From assembly GCF_009914755.1 (NCBI RefSeq), contig NC_060936.1: a stretch of DNA of 64,000 bases; one strand, written 5' to 3'. Positions 40,018-53,637 of the stretch are shown here, piece by piece. The notes under the pieces were generated by a model, which worked only from the letters and a program-made list of their open reading frames with translations, did no database searches and was not told where the DNA came from. Numbering within the stretch: position 1 is the first letter of the stretch; each line of letters starts with the position of its first letter. A program made the translations under genes and the position numbers. The DNA comes from the human T2T-CHM13v2.0 reference genome, Homo sapiens.

Positions 40018-40029
40018 CTTCTTCCTCTT
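40018..40029 (-). CDS. Candidate 12-nt microexon of PPFIA2 (AAGAGGAAGAAG, KRKK)
   Basis: Minus strand reads CCACCTCTTTCCAACAG|AAGAGGAAGAAG|GTAAGT: consensus donor, pyrimidine tract, frame-preserving. No expression evidence available. Confidence 0.4.
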
Positions 40030-40732
40030 CTGTTGGAAAGAGGTGGTCCAGCACAGACACCTTTTGTCTTTTGCTAGTGGAGCAACAGAGCGCTAGTTTC
40101 CTTTGTGTGGGACTAAACTTCACCCAAAAGGAGAATCATTCCATTATAAAAAATGTAAAAGTCCCATGACTTCACATTTCATTTTATGTTATCTCTCATT
40201 AACAAGAGTACTGCTGAGGCCTCAAACAATGCAAGAAAAATACTAATCAAATAAAAGATTACCAACAATTTTCGCAGTCATAAACAACAAATAAGTTACC
40301 AATTGTATATTATATCACTTACAATTCAAAAGTGTTGTTTTGCACTTAAAATAGTCCTGCCTATATATGTACATATATATACATATGCCATATATACACA
40401 CAATGTGTATATATGTACTTTAAATTATATTCTTTATACATATTATAAATTCAATTCTATATAATTTAAATACTTTTAAGAAAATCAATTAAGAGCAGGT
40501 AAAAAATTTGAATATGTGTATATGCATACACACAACATATACACATATGTATTATATTTAAGAGAATCAAAATAAGAACAAATATTAGAAAGGAAATAAC
40601 CATAAACCTTGAACCTTTGACCAAAGAATCAACAAATACTAAAAAAATGTTCATTATGTGGTTTTTATATTTCCTGTCAAATGATATAAGAAGTAAACAT
40701 TTCCATGTAAGAGCATGTGGGGTGTGTCATAC

Positions 40733-40849
40733 CTTCTCATGGACTTTCTGTCCAGGTTCCATCCCTTCAAGATGTTCTGACTCTGTGGATCCCTCGCTTG
40801 ATGCCATTTTTCTTTGTATATGAACATTTTGTTCACGCAAGGCAACAAT
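40733..40849 (-). CDS. PPFIA2: PPFIA2 coding exon, 117 nt, IVALREQNVHIQRKMASSEGSTESEHLEGMEPGQKVHEK (about aa 216-254)
   Basis: Manual minus-strand translation matches recalled liprin-alpha-2; acceptor TTATTTTGCAG (AG 40851-40850), donor AAG|GTATGA; phase 0-0; not in this frame in the ORF track. Confidence 0.96.
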
Positions 40850-42148
40850 CTGCAAAATAAAAGCACTATGCCTTTAAAGTCTAAATAGGGAATAAAATAT
40901 AAAAAGAAAATGAATTTACTTCAATGTGGTTAAGAACTAATGAACACTAACAAATAACCAGAAAGTGAACATTACATTTTACTGAATTATTATTCAAAAT
41001 ATGTGTTTCAATGTAGGTCACCATTTTGAACAATATTTACAAAAATTCATAATATCTCTACTAAGAAGAGGTTAAAGCACTGTAAAATTTACCTAAGAAA
41101 ATATTTTCTTGTTGGAAATGTATCTAAAATCAATGATATATTTGTATTCACGTGATGTTAATTCAGAAATTATTTTTTAAATTAATTTGTAGGATGTAAT
41201 AAAAATGTTTTTTTGGTCTGTATTTTTAAAGTATACAAGAAACATAAAAGATTGAAGGTTAAAGACTAATTATGAGCACAGCAATTTCGCCTACACTGAT
41301 AGCCCATCTGCAATTTAATATAAGCAGACACACAGCTGAACTTAAAAAAAAATTTGTAATGCTGTCATGAGCATGTATTAAATTTGTTTTATTATTATAA
41401 TTTTAATGTCCATTATTTTACCAAATTTAGTTAATTTGCAAACACAAATTAAGAAAGCAGTTATTCTTGCAAACTTTCAGCTCAATTTTAATGACATAAT
41501 TATTTCAATTAAAAAACAAATTCTCGGGTACTTATAGCATAAGTGATCCTAGTAATAGAGTGAAAAATAGTATTTCAGTCTTTTTAAAATGATGTTTTAA
41601 AATACATTTGCTAAATATATATATATATATCACTTTGAAAATATTTTACATTATATTAATGCTGTAACTTATTTATTCCATGGCATATTTTATTGTATTA
41701 TCAACTCAGATAGTAGTCAATATTAGTTCTGGGAGAAATAAAGGTACATAGTATTTAGTGCACAATAAGATCTGAATAATATTAAACTTACATGTGGAAA
41801 TTACAAGACCAACATGTCACAAGACGAATAATCATTAACTGAAAAAAACATGATATCAAGGGGTTGGGTGTTTGCCCTGCTACTTGACACTATTTCAATG
41901 CCATATTACCACCATGTGTCCATGACATCAGTTGATCTAGCTATATGATCTCTGGTATTTGAGCATTTGGTATATCCTTCTCTAGGTATATGTTCTTTTC
42001 TCTCGTATAACTGTAAACACCAAATAATTGGCTCCCTCACGCTTACTCTTGTTCATCTACAATCTATTATCCACAAAGCAGCCAGGTACATCTTTCAAAC
42101 TTAAATTAGATTGTGTAACCCTTCAGCTTTCTAACAAAACTAATGTTT

Positions 42149-42481
<333 letters not shown>

Positions 42482-44254
42482 TTAAAATTTTGTTAAAAAA
42501 ACCTAAAGTTTTCCCAGCTTATTTAGCCAAAATTTAAACTTCTTAACAAGGTCTATACTGTCCTACTTGAGCCCTTTGCTTCAGCGACACTGGCCTCCTT
42601 TCCATCCCTCAAACATATCTGTCTCTTTCTTACACAGAACTGAGGAATTTGATGATCTTCCTGTCTAAAACATTCTTCCTCAGCTATCACAGGGGACACA
42701 ATCCCAGCTTTAAAAACAGTTGAGATACAACTCCTCAGAGTGAATGTGTGTTGTCATCAAACACTTTGTACAATATATCCCTATTTATTTTTGTGCATGT
42801 AGCACTCAATAAAGTTTATTATTCCATTTCTCCACTTCCTCATTTGCTTATTTATTTAGCTAGCACAAGTCCTAATAATATCTCCTGAGAAAATAATTTT
42901 CAAAAGAATGCTTCATTGAAAACAGCATTTTCATATGAAGTAGCACATCAAATTATTATGTGCAGGGTATTCACTAAAAATGTGTTGAATTAAATAATAC
43001 ATGGATATGGGAAAACAAAGAATCTAAACCTGATTAATTCAAAAAATAACAAAAGATAAAGATTTGGAGTGTAAAAAAAACTTCAGAAACATTCTTTTCA
43101 CATTAGTCAACATGGAAATAGATTACATCAAAGGAATGACAAGAAGAATAAAATAGCTCCTAGATATATCATTTTTATATTACACTCTTAACTTATTGCT
43201 TTTTGCATAAATATTACAATTGATACATGAGATTTTATGAATTATAAATTTTAAAATATTCAAGTATCATTTGTTGACATTCCACTAAGAAAACATCTAT
43301 GACTAACAGAAATGCTAATACAAAGTACCAGGCCATTTAAAAATTATATGCTTTGTTCTATTATTAATCTACTCAGAAGTGAAGGGAGACATTTAAAAAA
43401 TATTTAAAGAACAAATTTAACTCTCAGCTTACAGATTAGCTTACATTTGTTTAATAAACAGATGACTTTCAAATATGTCCTGGTGCCTGAAATAAAGCAG
43501 GCCATCTATAAAAGTTTATTGAATGAATCAGTGAAAAGATGAATTAATGTCCCTATTAAAAAATAATCAAAAAATCAAATTCATTCAGAAAAAAGTACAA
43601 ATATAATTGAGCCACTATGATTTTTAAAATTCTAAACTTCAAGTTTGCTACAGTGTATACATGACAATTAGTTCCAAAAATGACATAATTTTCAACCACT
43701 AACATGCAAACTTTGTTTTGTAAAAATGAATCAAGGCTAAAAATGTTGGCTCTTGATACAGAAGAACAAATGTGACATATTCTATATTCTCTACCACTGT
43801 AATATGCTATTTTCTCCAATAACAAATTATCCTGGGTAGTTATGAAACCAAAGTTTCAGCACCTGATTTAATTGTGGGTGTTAATAAGTGGATTATTTTT
43901 GACACTGGGGAAAGGGGGAAAGTTTGTAGTTCTCTTTTAAAAATTCCCCTTTGGGTGTTAAGCATTTTCTTCAATCTGTTTTAAAGAGTGAAGAGGTCAC
44001 CAATAAATAACTGGAGCCTAAGGTAGCACAGACTTCTTTAGGAAATTCTCTTAGCTGGTTTGAGAAGTGAACACAAGAGATGGCTAGGGAACCAGCTTGG
44101 GACAATAAATAGAATGAAAAGAAGCTAATGGCCTCAAAATATTCCCTAGGCTCTCACTGAGAGGGAATGTTGTCAGAAGGAGGGCCCAAGCAAATTGCCT
44201 ACAAGAAAACTAACGTAGGTCTGGATGCCTCACCACTAAACAACATGGCCTACT

Positions 44255-44654
44255 TGCTATGGTTTAAATGTTCCCTCCAAAACTTATGTTGAAATGTAAT
44301 TGCCTTTGTAATGGTATTAAGAGGTGGGACCTTTAACAGGTTTTTACGGCATGAGGGCTTTGCTCTCATAAATGGATTAAGGCTGTTATCTCTGGAGTGG
44401 GTTATTTATCATTGGAGTGGGTTCTGGATAAAAGGATGGAGTTTGCCCCTCATCCTCTCTCTGTATCATCTCACATGCTTTTATGCCCTTCCATCCCTCT
44501 ACTATGGGATAAGGCATCATAAAAACTCATGCCAGATGCCAGTGTCATGCCTTGGACTTCCCAGCCTCCAGAACTTTCAGAAATAAATTTATTTTCTTTA
44601 AAAATCATCCAGTCTGTGATATTCTGTTATAGCAACACAAAACAGACTAAGACA
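44255..44654 (+). mobile_element. MST-family MaLR solo LTR
   Basis: tgctatggtttaaatg...agcaacacaaaacagactaagaca; 5-bp TSD ctact (44250-44254, 44655-44659). Confidence 0.9.
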
Positions 44655-44852
44655 CTACTCCAAATATGATTACATGTTGAGTAGGAGGAACCACTTATGT
44701 ACAAGTCCTGTTGTTTACCCAGTTCTTATATAACTGTACTGAAAAACTCACTATGTACAAGTACTGTGCTAAACTATTTTTATCTGCTAAGGGGGTATGA
44801 TTCATATTTAACAAATGATCAGATTAAGATAAAGAAAGATTAATGGGGACAA

Positions 44853-45207
44853 CTGCTATGGTTTGAATATATGCCCTCCTCCAACCCCCAACATTTGTAT
44901 GTTGAAACCTAGGGCTCAATGTGATAGTTTTGAGAGGTAAGGTCTTTAGGAGACGATAAATGGAATTAGTACCAATATAAAAGGCCTCAAGGGTACTAGC
45001 TAATTAAGCCTTTTGCCAGCCACCTTCTGCCATGTGAGGACGCATTGTTCAGGGTGCCATAATGGAAGTAGAAGGCAGTCCTTCCAAATCTGCTGATGCC
45101 TTGATGTTGGACTTTCCTGTCTCCACAACTGTGATACATATACTTCTATTGTTTATAAATTATGCAGTCTCAGACATTTTGTCACAGCAGCACAAATGGA
45201 CTAAGAA
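44853..45207 (+). mobile_element. MST/MLT1A-family MaLR solo LTR
   Basis: tgctatggtttgaat...ccttctgccatgtgaggac...cagcagcacaaatggactaaga. Confidence 0.85.
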
Positions 45208-45559
45208 GTAAGAGTCAAATAAAACTTAACTCCGTATCCTTATACTTCCTAATTTGTAACATTGGCTCAAATGGCTCCCCTTTTAAATTTGGGGTCTACT
45301 AAATCAGAAGTTAATAGCGGGCTGGGATAGGAAGCATAATCATTTTATTTCCAAGGGCTGATACCCTTGCTGGAATCCTTTGTATGTCATTAAGATTGGA
45401 CGTCTCCCTGGACAGATTCATATGGAGGCAAAGTTTTGCATATATTTTCAGTGAGTTAGCAACCCACTGAAGGCTCATGGAACTCTGTTCAAGATAAATA
45501 TTTCACAACTGTTTTTAATGTTCAATCATCATTTATCAAGTGTCTGTTGACATTTGCTT

Positions 45560-46005
45560 TCAGGTATCCCTTCACATTTCTTTGATAATAACATCTTATA
45601 TTTTCACTGGAGACTTTTCCTTTCTTATTCTAATCCCACAGAGACTGTCAATGAAGGAACCAAGAGCCCATGGCAAATGGGTGGGCACATGACCCAAGCC
45701 AGGGAAATCAGAATATTATTACTTTACATGTTTCTGGCTGAGCTATGGGAAACGATTCTCTCTATCTACTAAGGAAGGTAAGCTGGTAGAATATGAAAGG
45801 GGTACTCTTTGCCATTAATTCCTATTCATGCAGAAAACACATGGAAGAGATGAGGCCCTAACAAATTGCTTCTGGTCCTGATTCTAGGCATCCTTAAATC
45901 ATTCCTACCCTTGGCATTTTAGTAATATGATCCAAGCCCCAAATTTCCCCTTTTGTGCCCCAACTCATTTGAAATGGTTTTCTGTCACTTGCAACTAAAA
46001 GTGAC
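45560..46005 (+). mobile_element. Old MLT1 (J/K-like) LTR
   Basis: gggtgggcacatgacccaagcc...ggttttctgtcacttgcaactaaaag. Confidence 0.65.
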
Positions 46006-47480
46006 TTGCAAATGCAGCAGGAAACATGGAAGACAATACAGAGTATGCAATACCTAAGTGAGGATTTTGGAGAATGGCTAAGAATTTACCAGACAGACAT
46101 GGTAGAAGACTTTTTTAGGTGTGTAGAAGATCACAGGCATTTTGTGTTTCTACAACTTTGTGTTCCTCGCACTGTAAGTTGTTTAATATTCCTGTGGCAA
46201 AAAGTACCTGGAAAAAGTTGGAGGAATGATGGGACTAGCAAAGCTAAAGTGCTTCAACTAAATCTCAGGCATCTGTGTGCTTTTTCTCTCTGGCTTATTG
46301 CTTTGTCTTGATCCTTATTTGTGTTTTCTGGTTGCTCATAAGCTTATAACAGCCTGATCCATTCCTTCTAGGCACTCTCAAACACGTTATATTTTCAAGC
46401 CAATCTTCTAGGTTTCATTCATATCCTTGCCTCTGTCAGGTTGATTTTGGCTCTGACAAGCTCTGACCCTACACAATAGACAACTGGTAGTCTTGGCGGC
46501 TGGGCCTCCAGTCTGCAAAATTCTTTAGCCTTCATTTTTCTTTTCTACCAGCTTGAACACTACTATGTCTTGCAACAGACTCTCTTCTAGCTCCTTGCCT
46601 GTGAACAACTGTTTTTCTTTGATATCCTGGAGAGATTCATTTATCTCAAAAATATTCATTCAGCACTGATGACATACCAGGCGTTAGGGAAACACAATGG
46701 GAGGAAAAGGCAGAAATCCTTCCTAATGGAAATTGTACTCTCATTGGGGAAAATAAGTTATAAACAAACATAAGTAGAGCATATTTTTAAATGGTGTTAA
46801 CAGAAAAGAGAAAATCAAACCAAGTGAGGAATGCTGTGAGGTATAATTTGATTACAAATTAGGTGATTTCTGAGTATGGGCTTGAGGACAAGAGGGAACA
46901 GCAATGTGGATATCTGGGAGAATAACTTTCTAGAAAATGTAAATAACTATTGAAAACAAATATTGAGATTTATAACAATATTTCAGGGAGTTCTTTCAAT
47001 GATGTAAAATGTCCTCCCTAAAAGAGAGGTAAAACATCAGTGCAAGTTGATGCCTTGGAGACTTAAGGAAACATATTATCATGAAAAAAATGATTTGGGC
47101 AAAAATAACAAAGACCATTAAATATCTTTTTATGCTAAAATTTTAGGATTTCTTGAGGGTTTAATAAATATTAATACATTTATTCAACAAATATTCATTT
47201 GATCACTGTTCTAAGTATCACAAAATACTGGGAAAAATGCAGACAGTTTCCTTCTCTTGTGTAGATTACATTCTAGTTAAGGAGGCAAAAAAAAAAAAAA
47301 AAAAAGGAAGCAGTAGGACTACAATAACAAAATAGCAATTATTTATTTAGCTCTTATAATGTGCCAGAAACTGTGCTAAGTACATTATATAAATTTGCTT
47401 CTTTTCATAAACTTTGCATCTACATTATCTTTTCTTTCCAGGTTTGAGATTTCTTGGTAAAAGACCCTGAGACTATTATA

Positions 47481-47523
47481 TTTAATGGCAACAACCACAA
47501 TTGCTTTTGCACCAACCTAATAA
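47481..47523 (+). mobile_element. MADE1 partial (right TIR)
   Basis: taatggcaacaaccacaattgcttttgcaccaacctaata. Confidence 0.75.
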
Positions 47524-50125
47524 TAATCAGGTACAAGTAGTTTGAAAGGTGATTCCTGGAAGTGAAACATTCCTTAAATATGCTTGAAAGGCTGAGGATG
47601 AATCCTGGCCCATGTAGTTGTTGCTGGTTGTACGATCTTGTACAAGCTATTTAACCTCAAGTTCAGGTTCTTGTTATATCAAATGGAGGGCAAATAATAT
47701 CTACTTTATATTGTATTTGTTTGTAAAATACTTAGTCAAATTTGATGTACATTAAACACTTGCTATGTAATGACAATGACAATAATGAATTGACTTCCAC
47801 TTGCCTCTTCAATTTTATCTTTCTATTCATATTGCGTGCTCTAGCTTACTGAAAGGCTTCGATCACACATATAAAAAGTGCCGTCTTGGCTGTGAGTTTT
47901 TATATTCACCTGGGTAACCTTTGTTCCTCTTTAACTGCCTCTTAGTCACTTAGCTTTTAAGTCTTTCAGATGAATTCGGGGACAATATCTTCCCAAGGAG
48001 TTACAGAATGCCTTAGTAATCTCCAGTAACTCATGTCATGCAAGTGATTATCACAACTGGATGTTAGTTTTCTCACCAACCATTTTGACACAGTGCCTTG
48101 AGACTAGAAACTGTTTCTGATTCATTACTTATTCTCAGTTCTTAGGACACTGACTGACAAACAGGAGGCACTCTAGAAATATTTGTAGAATGTCAAAAAA
48201 AATGATGACAGGCTACATGAATGAAAAAAAAGCATATGAGGAGTTGGAAAAATTGGACAGAAATGTTCACAGGATGTATACATGGAGAAGAAAATTAGTT
48301 ATCCATATAGAGGAATATAAGAACTTGAAGGTCTTTCAAATGTTCATATTATAGGCTTCAAGGTTAAAAAGGATTCTGGGTAGAGCTCACTGGGGAAATA
48401 AAGAAATAAAAGAATGGGAAATACTGCAATGGCTTTGTAGGAAAGTCACTGCTCTAGCGTGAGGAGGCAGATAAAGTAGAAGGCATAAGCAACTGTAAAG
48501 GAGGCTAGCAGCAGGATCATGGAAGGACAGTTTAATGAAAGTCATCAAGAGTTGTTTTGTAAACTCAAAGTAATAGGCAATTTCATTGCATCTTAAAATA
48601 TAACATTAAAATGTATTCTCAAGTATACTGCAGCTTAGGTAATATGATTCACATGCATTGAAGCACATTGTGTATTTGCTTTAGATTTAGAATGAATCGT
48701 TGTTTGTGGACAGAAAAATGGAATTCTAAGAGTGTCTAAGAAACTAATTTCTGCCAATAGAATTTTCCAATAAAAAAGGAAAAGCAATGTAAATTGATTT
48801 AGTATTCACTTCATTTTCCTTTGTCTTTCTGAAATATTAATATACATGAAGAAATGGGAGTTGAGAAATTAAATTTCTAATTAAGAACTTCTAGCTGTAA
48901 TAATAGCTATGTCTTGAACATTTATTACATGCCCCATATGAAATAAAACAATTTACATACATTACCTCATTTAATCTTTCCAGTAACCTTGTAAATTTGG
49001 TATTTTTATTTTCATTTTACAAATGAGGCAACTAACACAGAGGAAATATGTAATATACTTGAAGTCATACAGAAAAAGACACAACAGAGATATTTCTGAT
49101 TCAGGTCTGATTCCTTCAAAACATTTTAAAAATATTATGCTGTAATGCCTTTTGGTAATCAGTGAAATGATTCATTGCATACACAATTTAAATATTTATC
49201 AAGGTCAGGACTACAAGTTTGTGGTCTGATTGCAGGGGGCTTTTCCTGACCTGCGTTGGCAAACAATTTAGAAGATGTCTTCAAAAACATTTAAAAGGTG
49301 TCTTCATATATTCCCCAAAATAAAAAAAGTCATGGTTTTTACCTTACTGATTATTTTCATTTATAACTCGTATACAGCATAAGCACTTAAACTTACCCTG
49401 AAAAAAAATTAACTACTTTTTAAAATAAACTACATCTACATAAAATCTTTCATGCTATTTCTACAGGGATTTTCATTCTCATGTTTTTAAATTAATATTT
49501 GTCTCTACTTATTTAACAACTTCCAGATAGTGCCCACATCTAATTAACAAAGATTCTTTTCATCTATTTTTATCCCAAATTCAATTAACAATTCCCAGGG
49601 TGACACTTATTGAAGTCTCACTACACCAACACATAATTTGCTTCTACACAGATACTTATTCTACTTCTAGCTGAATTCCATGCTTAGATTATAATGAAGT
49701 TGAAACACACACACAAACAACAAGAAAAAACTAGTAAAACAGTAGGGATTTACAATTTAAACTTAAGCAACTTTCAGTCACAATAGTTTGCATTTGTATC
49801 GCTATTTATTAATTGGGAAACCATAAAGGTTGAAACACTTATTTAAATAGAATTAAGAAACCCAAGCCAGTAACTATTTCCTTTTCTAGCTCTGCATTTG
49901 GAAATAAGATTTATAAGCATCACTGAAGCACGTTAAAACCAATGGAGAGCAACTTCATGTAGTCTGTGCAGTTTGATCAGCTTACATGTAACATTCAATT
50001 TAAATGGCTTTCATTAACCATGGGCAGATTTTGAAAGCTTGTGACACCAAACTGTTCCAGTGAATAATCAAATTGCTTTGAGGTAAGAATGAGAGGTTTG
50101 CATTGTGAGAATTTATCTTGGTTCA

Positions 50126-50128
<3 letters not shown>

Positions 50129-50218
<90 letters not shown>
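50129..50218 (+). repeat. A34 followed by pure (TA)28
   Basis: Directly visible; explains ORF 49995..50255. Confidence 0.97.
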
Positions 50219-50222
<4 letters not shown>

Positions 50223-53200
50223 TGTAAGAATTTTTACTACATAAAATACTTCCACTCAGTCAACTAATATTTATTGGATGAATAAGAATATTCTACATTT
50301 ATTTATTTTAAACTTCCCACCCCAAATTTGGCTGACTAGTACTCCCAATTCCTATACAGATAAATTACCTAAGTGCTAAAATTTAAATGCACATTACCAG
50401 TAAGTTTCTGGTGACCTTTTAATTGAAAATACATCATATAAAAAGTACATAAATTTGGCTATTTCCAAATTTTACATCTAAACTAGTCTTTCTTGTATCT
50501 AAATACACATGGAATTCAAACTCAGTTAGTTTATAATGATTAAAAAATCCTCTTTAAATTAATATTTAAAGGGTTTTTTAAAAAAGAAATCTTCCTAAAA
50601 CAGTAACTGGAATGCAAAACTGTTATTTTTAGTTTTAAGTTTAAAACAGAATGATTCCAATAGCAAAAAAAAAAAAATCAAATATATTCTCAGGTAGAAA
50701 GTTTTGCTTTTTTGCAGGAGATGTTTACACTATCCATTTAACTTAGAATTATAATATTCAACAATAGTAATTTTGACAATAGCTATACTTTGTCATTGTT
50801 ATTAACATGTAATTCTAATGAAAATTACAACTTTGTACTAACATCTCTCTTCTTTTTGTCTAATCAGTATTTCAGTCAATACATTTTCTGATGCTTGATA
50901 ATGCATCATTTATTTTAACCATCTATGTAGTTCCCTAATAATTAAAATGACAATAAAATAAAATACTAGCATCTTCATTAGAGGCATGTAAAAGGCTACA
51001 GAATATACAAAACAATTTATATTGGTCAGAAGAATTAGTGGACATTGTTAAGGCAAGACTGTTATTTTACTAGGTTAGCAACTAAGAGTGGCATAATATG
51101 GAAGAATAGTAAGAAAAATAGCCAAGGAAGCTGTTAATACAGGAAAGTGAAAGAATTAATCCAGAGAATGAAAGCAAACACCAATTTCTAAACAGTTTTT
51201 CAAAAGTGTTAGTGGTAGGAAAACACATTCTTAACCACTTGTATGTATCACTGCATGAAAGCAAGACTCAATTTAGAATATATATAAGCAGATAAATAAG
51301 GAAGGGTAGAGAGTATTCATTAAGGTAAACAGTACTGAGAAGTGCCCTACCAAAGATAAAGAAACTGCAATAATTCAGTGTTGAGTGCTGACAGTATTGG
51401 CAGTAATTGCGTTAAAAGTTTTGAATTTCATAAAGAAAATATGGTAAAATCTCCATCACCAAGGAAGATGCTATTGCTAATAACTTCTCACCTCCTTGAA
51501 CAAGACAGAAAAATCCTATTCAAAAAGGGAAATAGGTGTCTCACAGTGAAAACAGCAAACAGAACTTACTGAAGGTATTGATTATTATAAAGTACTTCTT
51601 TGTACAGAATGGAGGCTATCTTGATTCATACTGGTTCCTCACAATCACTCCCACAGGGCTCTTTGCCCTCTAAAGTCAGAGGTATCAAAATCTGCTAACT
51701 TGGTTTAGTTTCAGCTAAGGGCATAAATGACAACTGACTGCAGTAATTAATTATCTCCCCAACTACAATAAAAAGGAAAAGCAAAATTAAAGATACTGAG
51801 TTAGGCTGAGAAGAGAGTGAATGCAAACTAAATAATCCAATGTGTGTGTACGTGATCATTTTATAAAGCAGGAAACATGCTCTGTGAATGAGAGCATTTG
51901 TTTTCAAAAGTCTCAATAAATATTTATTTTTAAATAAAATGAAATGTTAATATATGACTAAAAGTTTATATTTCATTTACTTTATGTATGCTAAGAAGTA
52001 TAAAAATACTTTGAGCAAACACTGTTAATAGTATTAAATTTAAAAAGATAAATCTGCCCTATTCTAATCATGTCTTTGTCTTCTGTTTATTCAAGTGTAT
52101 TCCATTTGCTTTCGGGAATATTTGGATGTTTTAGAACTAACATTCTGCTTTAATAATCCAAACACACTATAATTCCATCAATTTGAGTCTCTTAAAATGT
52201 TACACTGAAATGAATCTCTCTGAAGATGGACTTATTGATTTCTATATTCTTCCTCTAGCATCATGAAATTTGACCTCTTCAGCCGTGCATGGTTAACACT
52301 GTAAGTATACATGTGTTTTTTTGTTTTTTCTCCAATCATGGCAAATGTGTCGAAATTATAGGCTGTGTCCTAGATCTATTATTTTAGTTCTATTATGGCA
52401 AAGAAGAGAGTTTTAGGGAAAAGCGTTTCAAAGTGTTTGAAAAGTGCTTGAAAAAAATATAGAAAGCAGAAACAATATTCATTAATCAATCTTGCATATA
52501 ACAAAGCAAGCTAGGGCAATAAAAAGGATTTATTCATTTAGTTCCTTTCTTAGAAATAACAAAAGCATACTAAACCCATTGTTCTGGCCAATTCCTTTTA
52601 AAGTAATCCATTTACTTCAGTTCTAATGGTAATTATCATGTTACATTTATCTGTACCCATTTCCATTTTATTTTTATGTGATTTTTAAATGTGCACATAT
52701 CAAAATAATGTCAGTATGAGAAGGAAGCAGAACTTAAGTGGTCTTTACACCCTTACTATTATGAATAAAGAAAATGAGATTTACAGAGAATAGTGATAAT
52801 TCTATTTGTCTCCAACAAATTGCCATCTAGTCAGTCTCACTGTAGACAGGACACTCTGCCTCCCTAAATCTCAGTTCAATTACCTTTAAAGGAGATGGAT
52901 AGTATCATATCTAAAAAGACCACAATGACATTACCAAAATCAATAATAAGCATAATATTTACTGAAAGACTCTTTATGCCAACCACAGTTTTACGTTGTT
53001 TGAATGTATTAATTAATTTAAAACTCACAACATCATTATAAGTTATTATTATGGTTCAGCCAATTAAGGTAAAAAGAAAAAGGAAATTGCCTATGGTTAC
53101 AAAGCTAGTGAATAGCAGAATGACTTAGGGAGAAAGTAAGTTTCACTTGGTGGGCGTTATAGCTCCTCTTTGGAGTAGGTTTGTCTCTTTCCTTAGCCTT

Positions 53201-53369
53201 CTATTTCCAGAGTAGAATATATTTACTGGAACCAAGTAAATACTCTATTTAGAATAAAGGTTTTTTTATTTACCACTTTTCCTTACTTGCCAACGCTAAT
53301 TTCTAACTACTCAAAGCTATCCACTTTCCATAAAATATTTCATACTTTTATTGCTCCTTATTTCTGTTT

Positions 53370-53637
53370 TTGTCAGACCTGCAAGCTAAAAATTGTTTTG
53401 ACATTTTTGAATAGTTGAAAAACATTAAAAGAGAATAATATTGTGTAAATTATAAGAAATTCACTTTCAGTGTCCATGAATAAATTTTAATTGGAAAATG
53501 GCCAAACTCATTTGTTTACACATTGTCTATGATTGTTTTCACTCCACAATGGTAGAGAAGTTGTGACAGAGACCATCTGGCTCATAAAGCCAAAAATATT
53601 TACTAGTTGGACTTTTACCGAAGTTTGCTGATACCTG
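53370..53637 (-). mobile_element. MER58B-like hAT element
   Basis: ttcagtgtccatgaataaa...cattgtctatg...gttgtgacagagaccat...aaaatatttactagttggac...gtttgctgatacctg. Confidence 0.75.
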
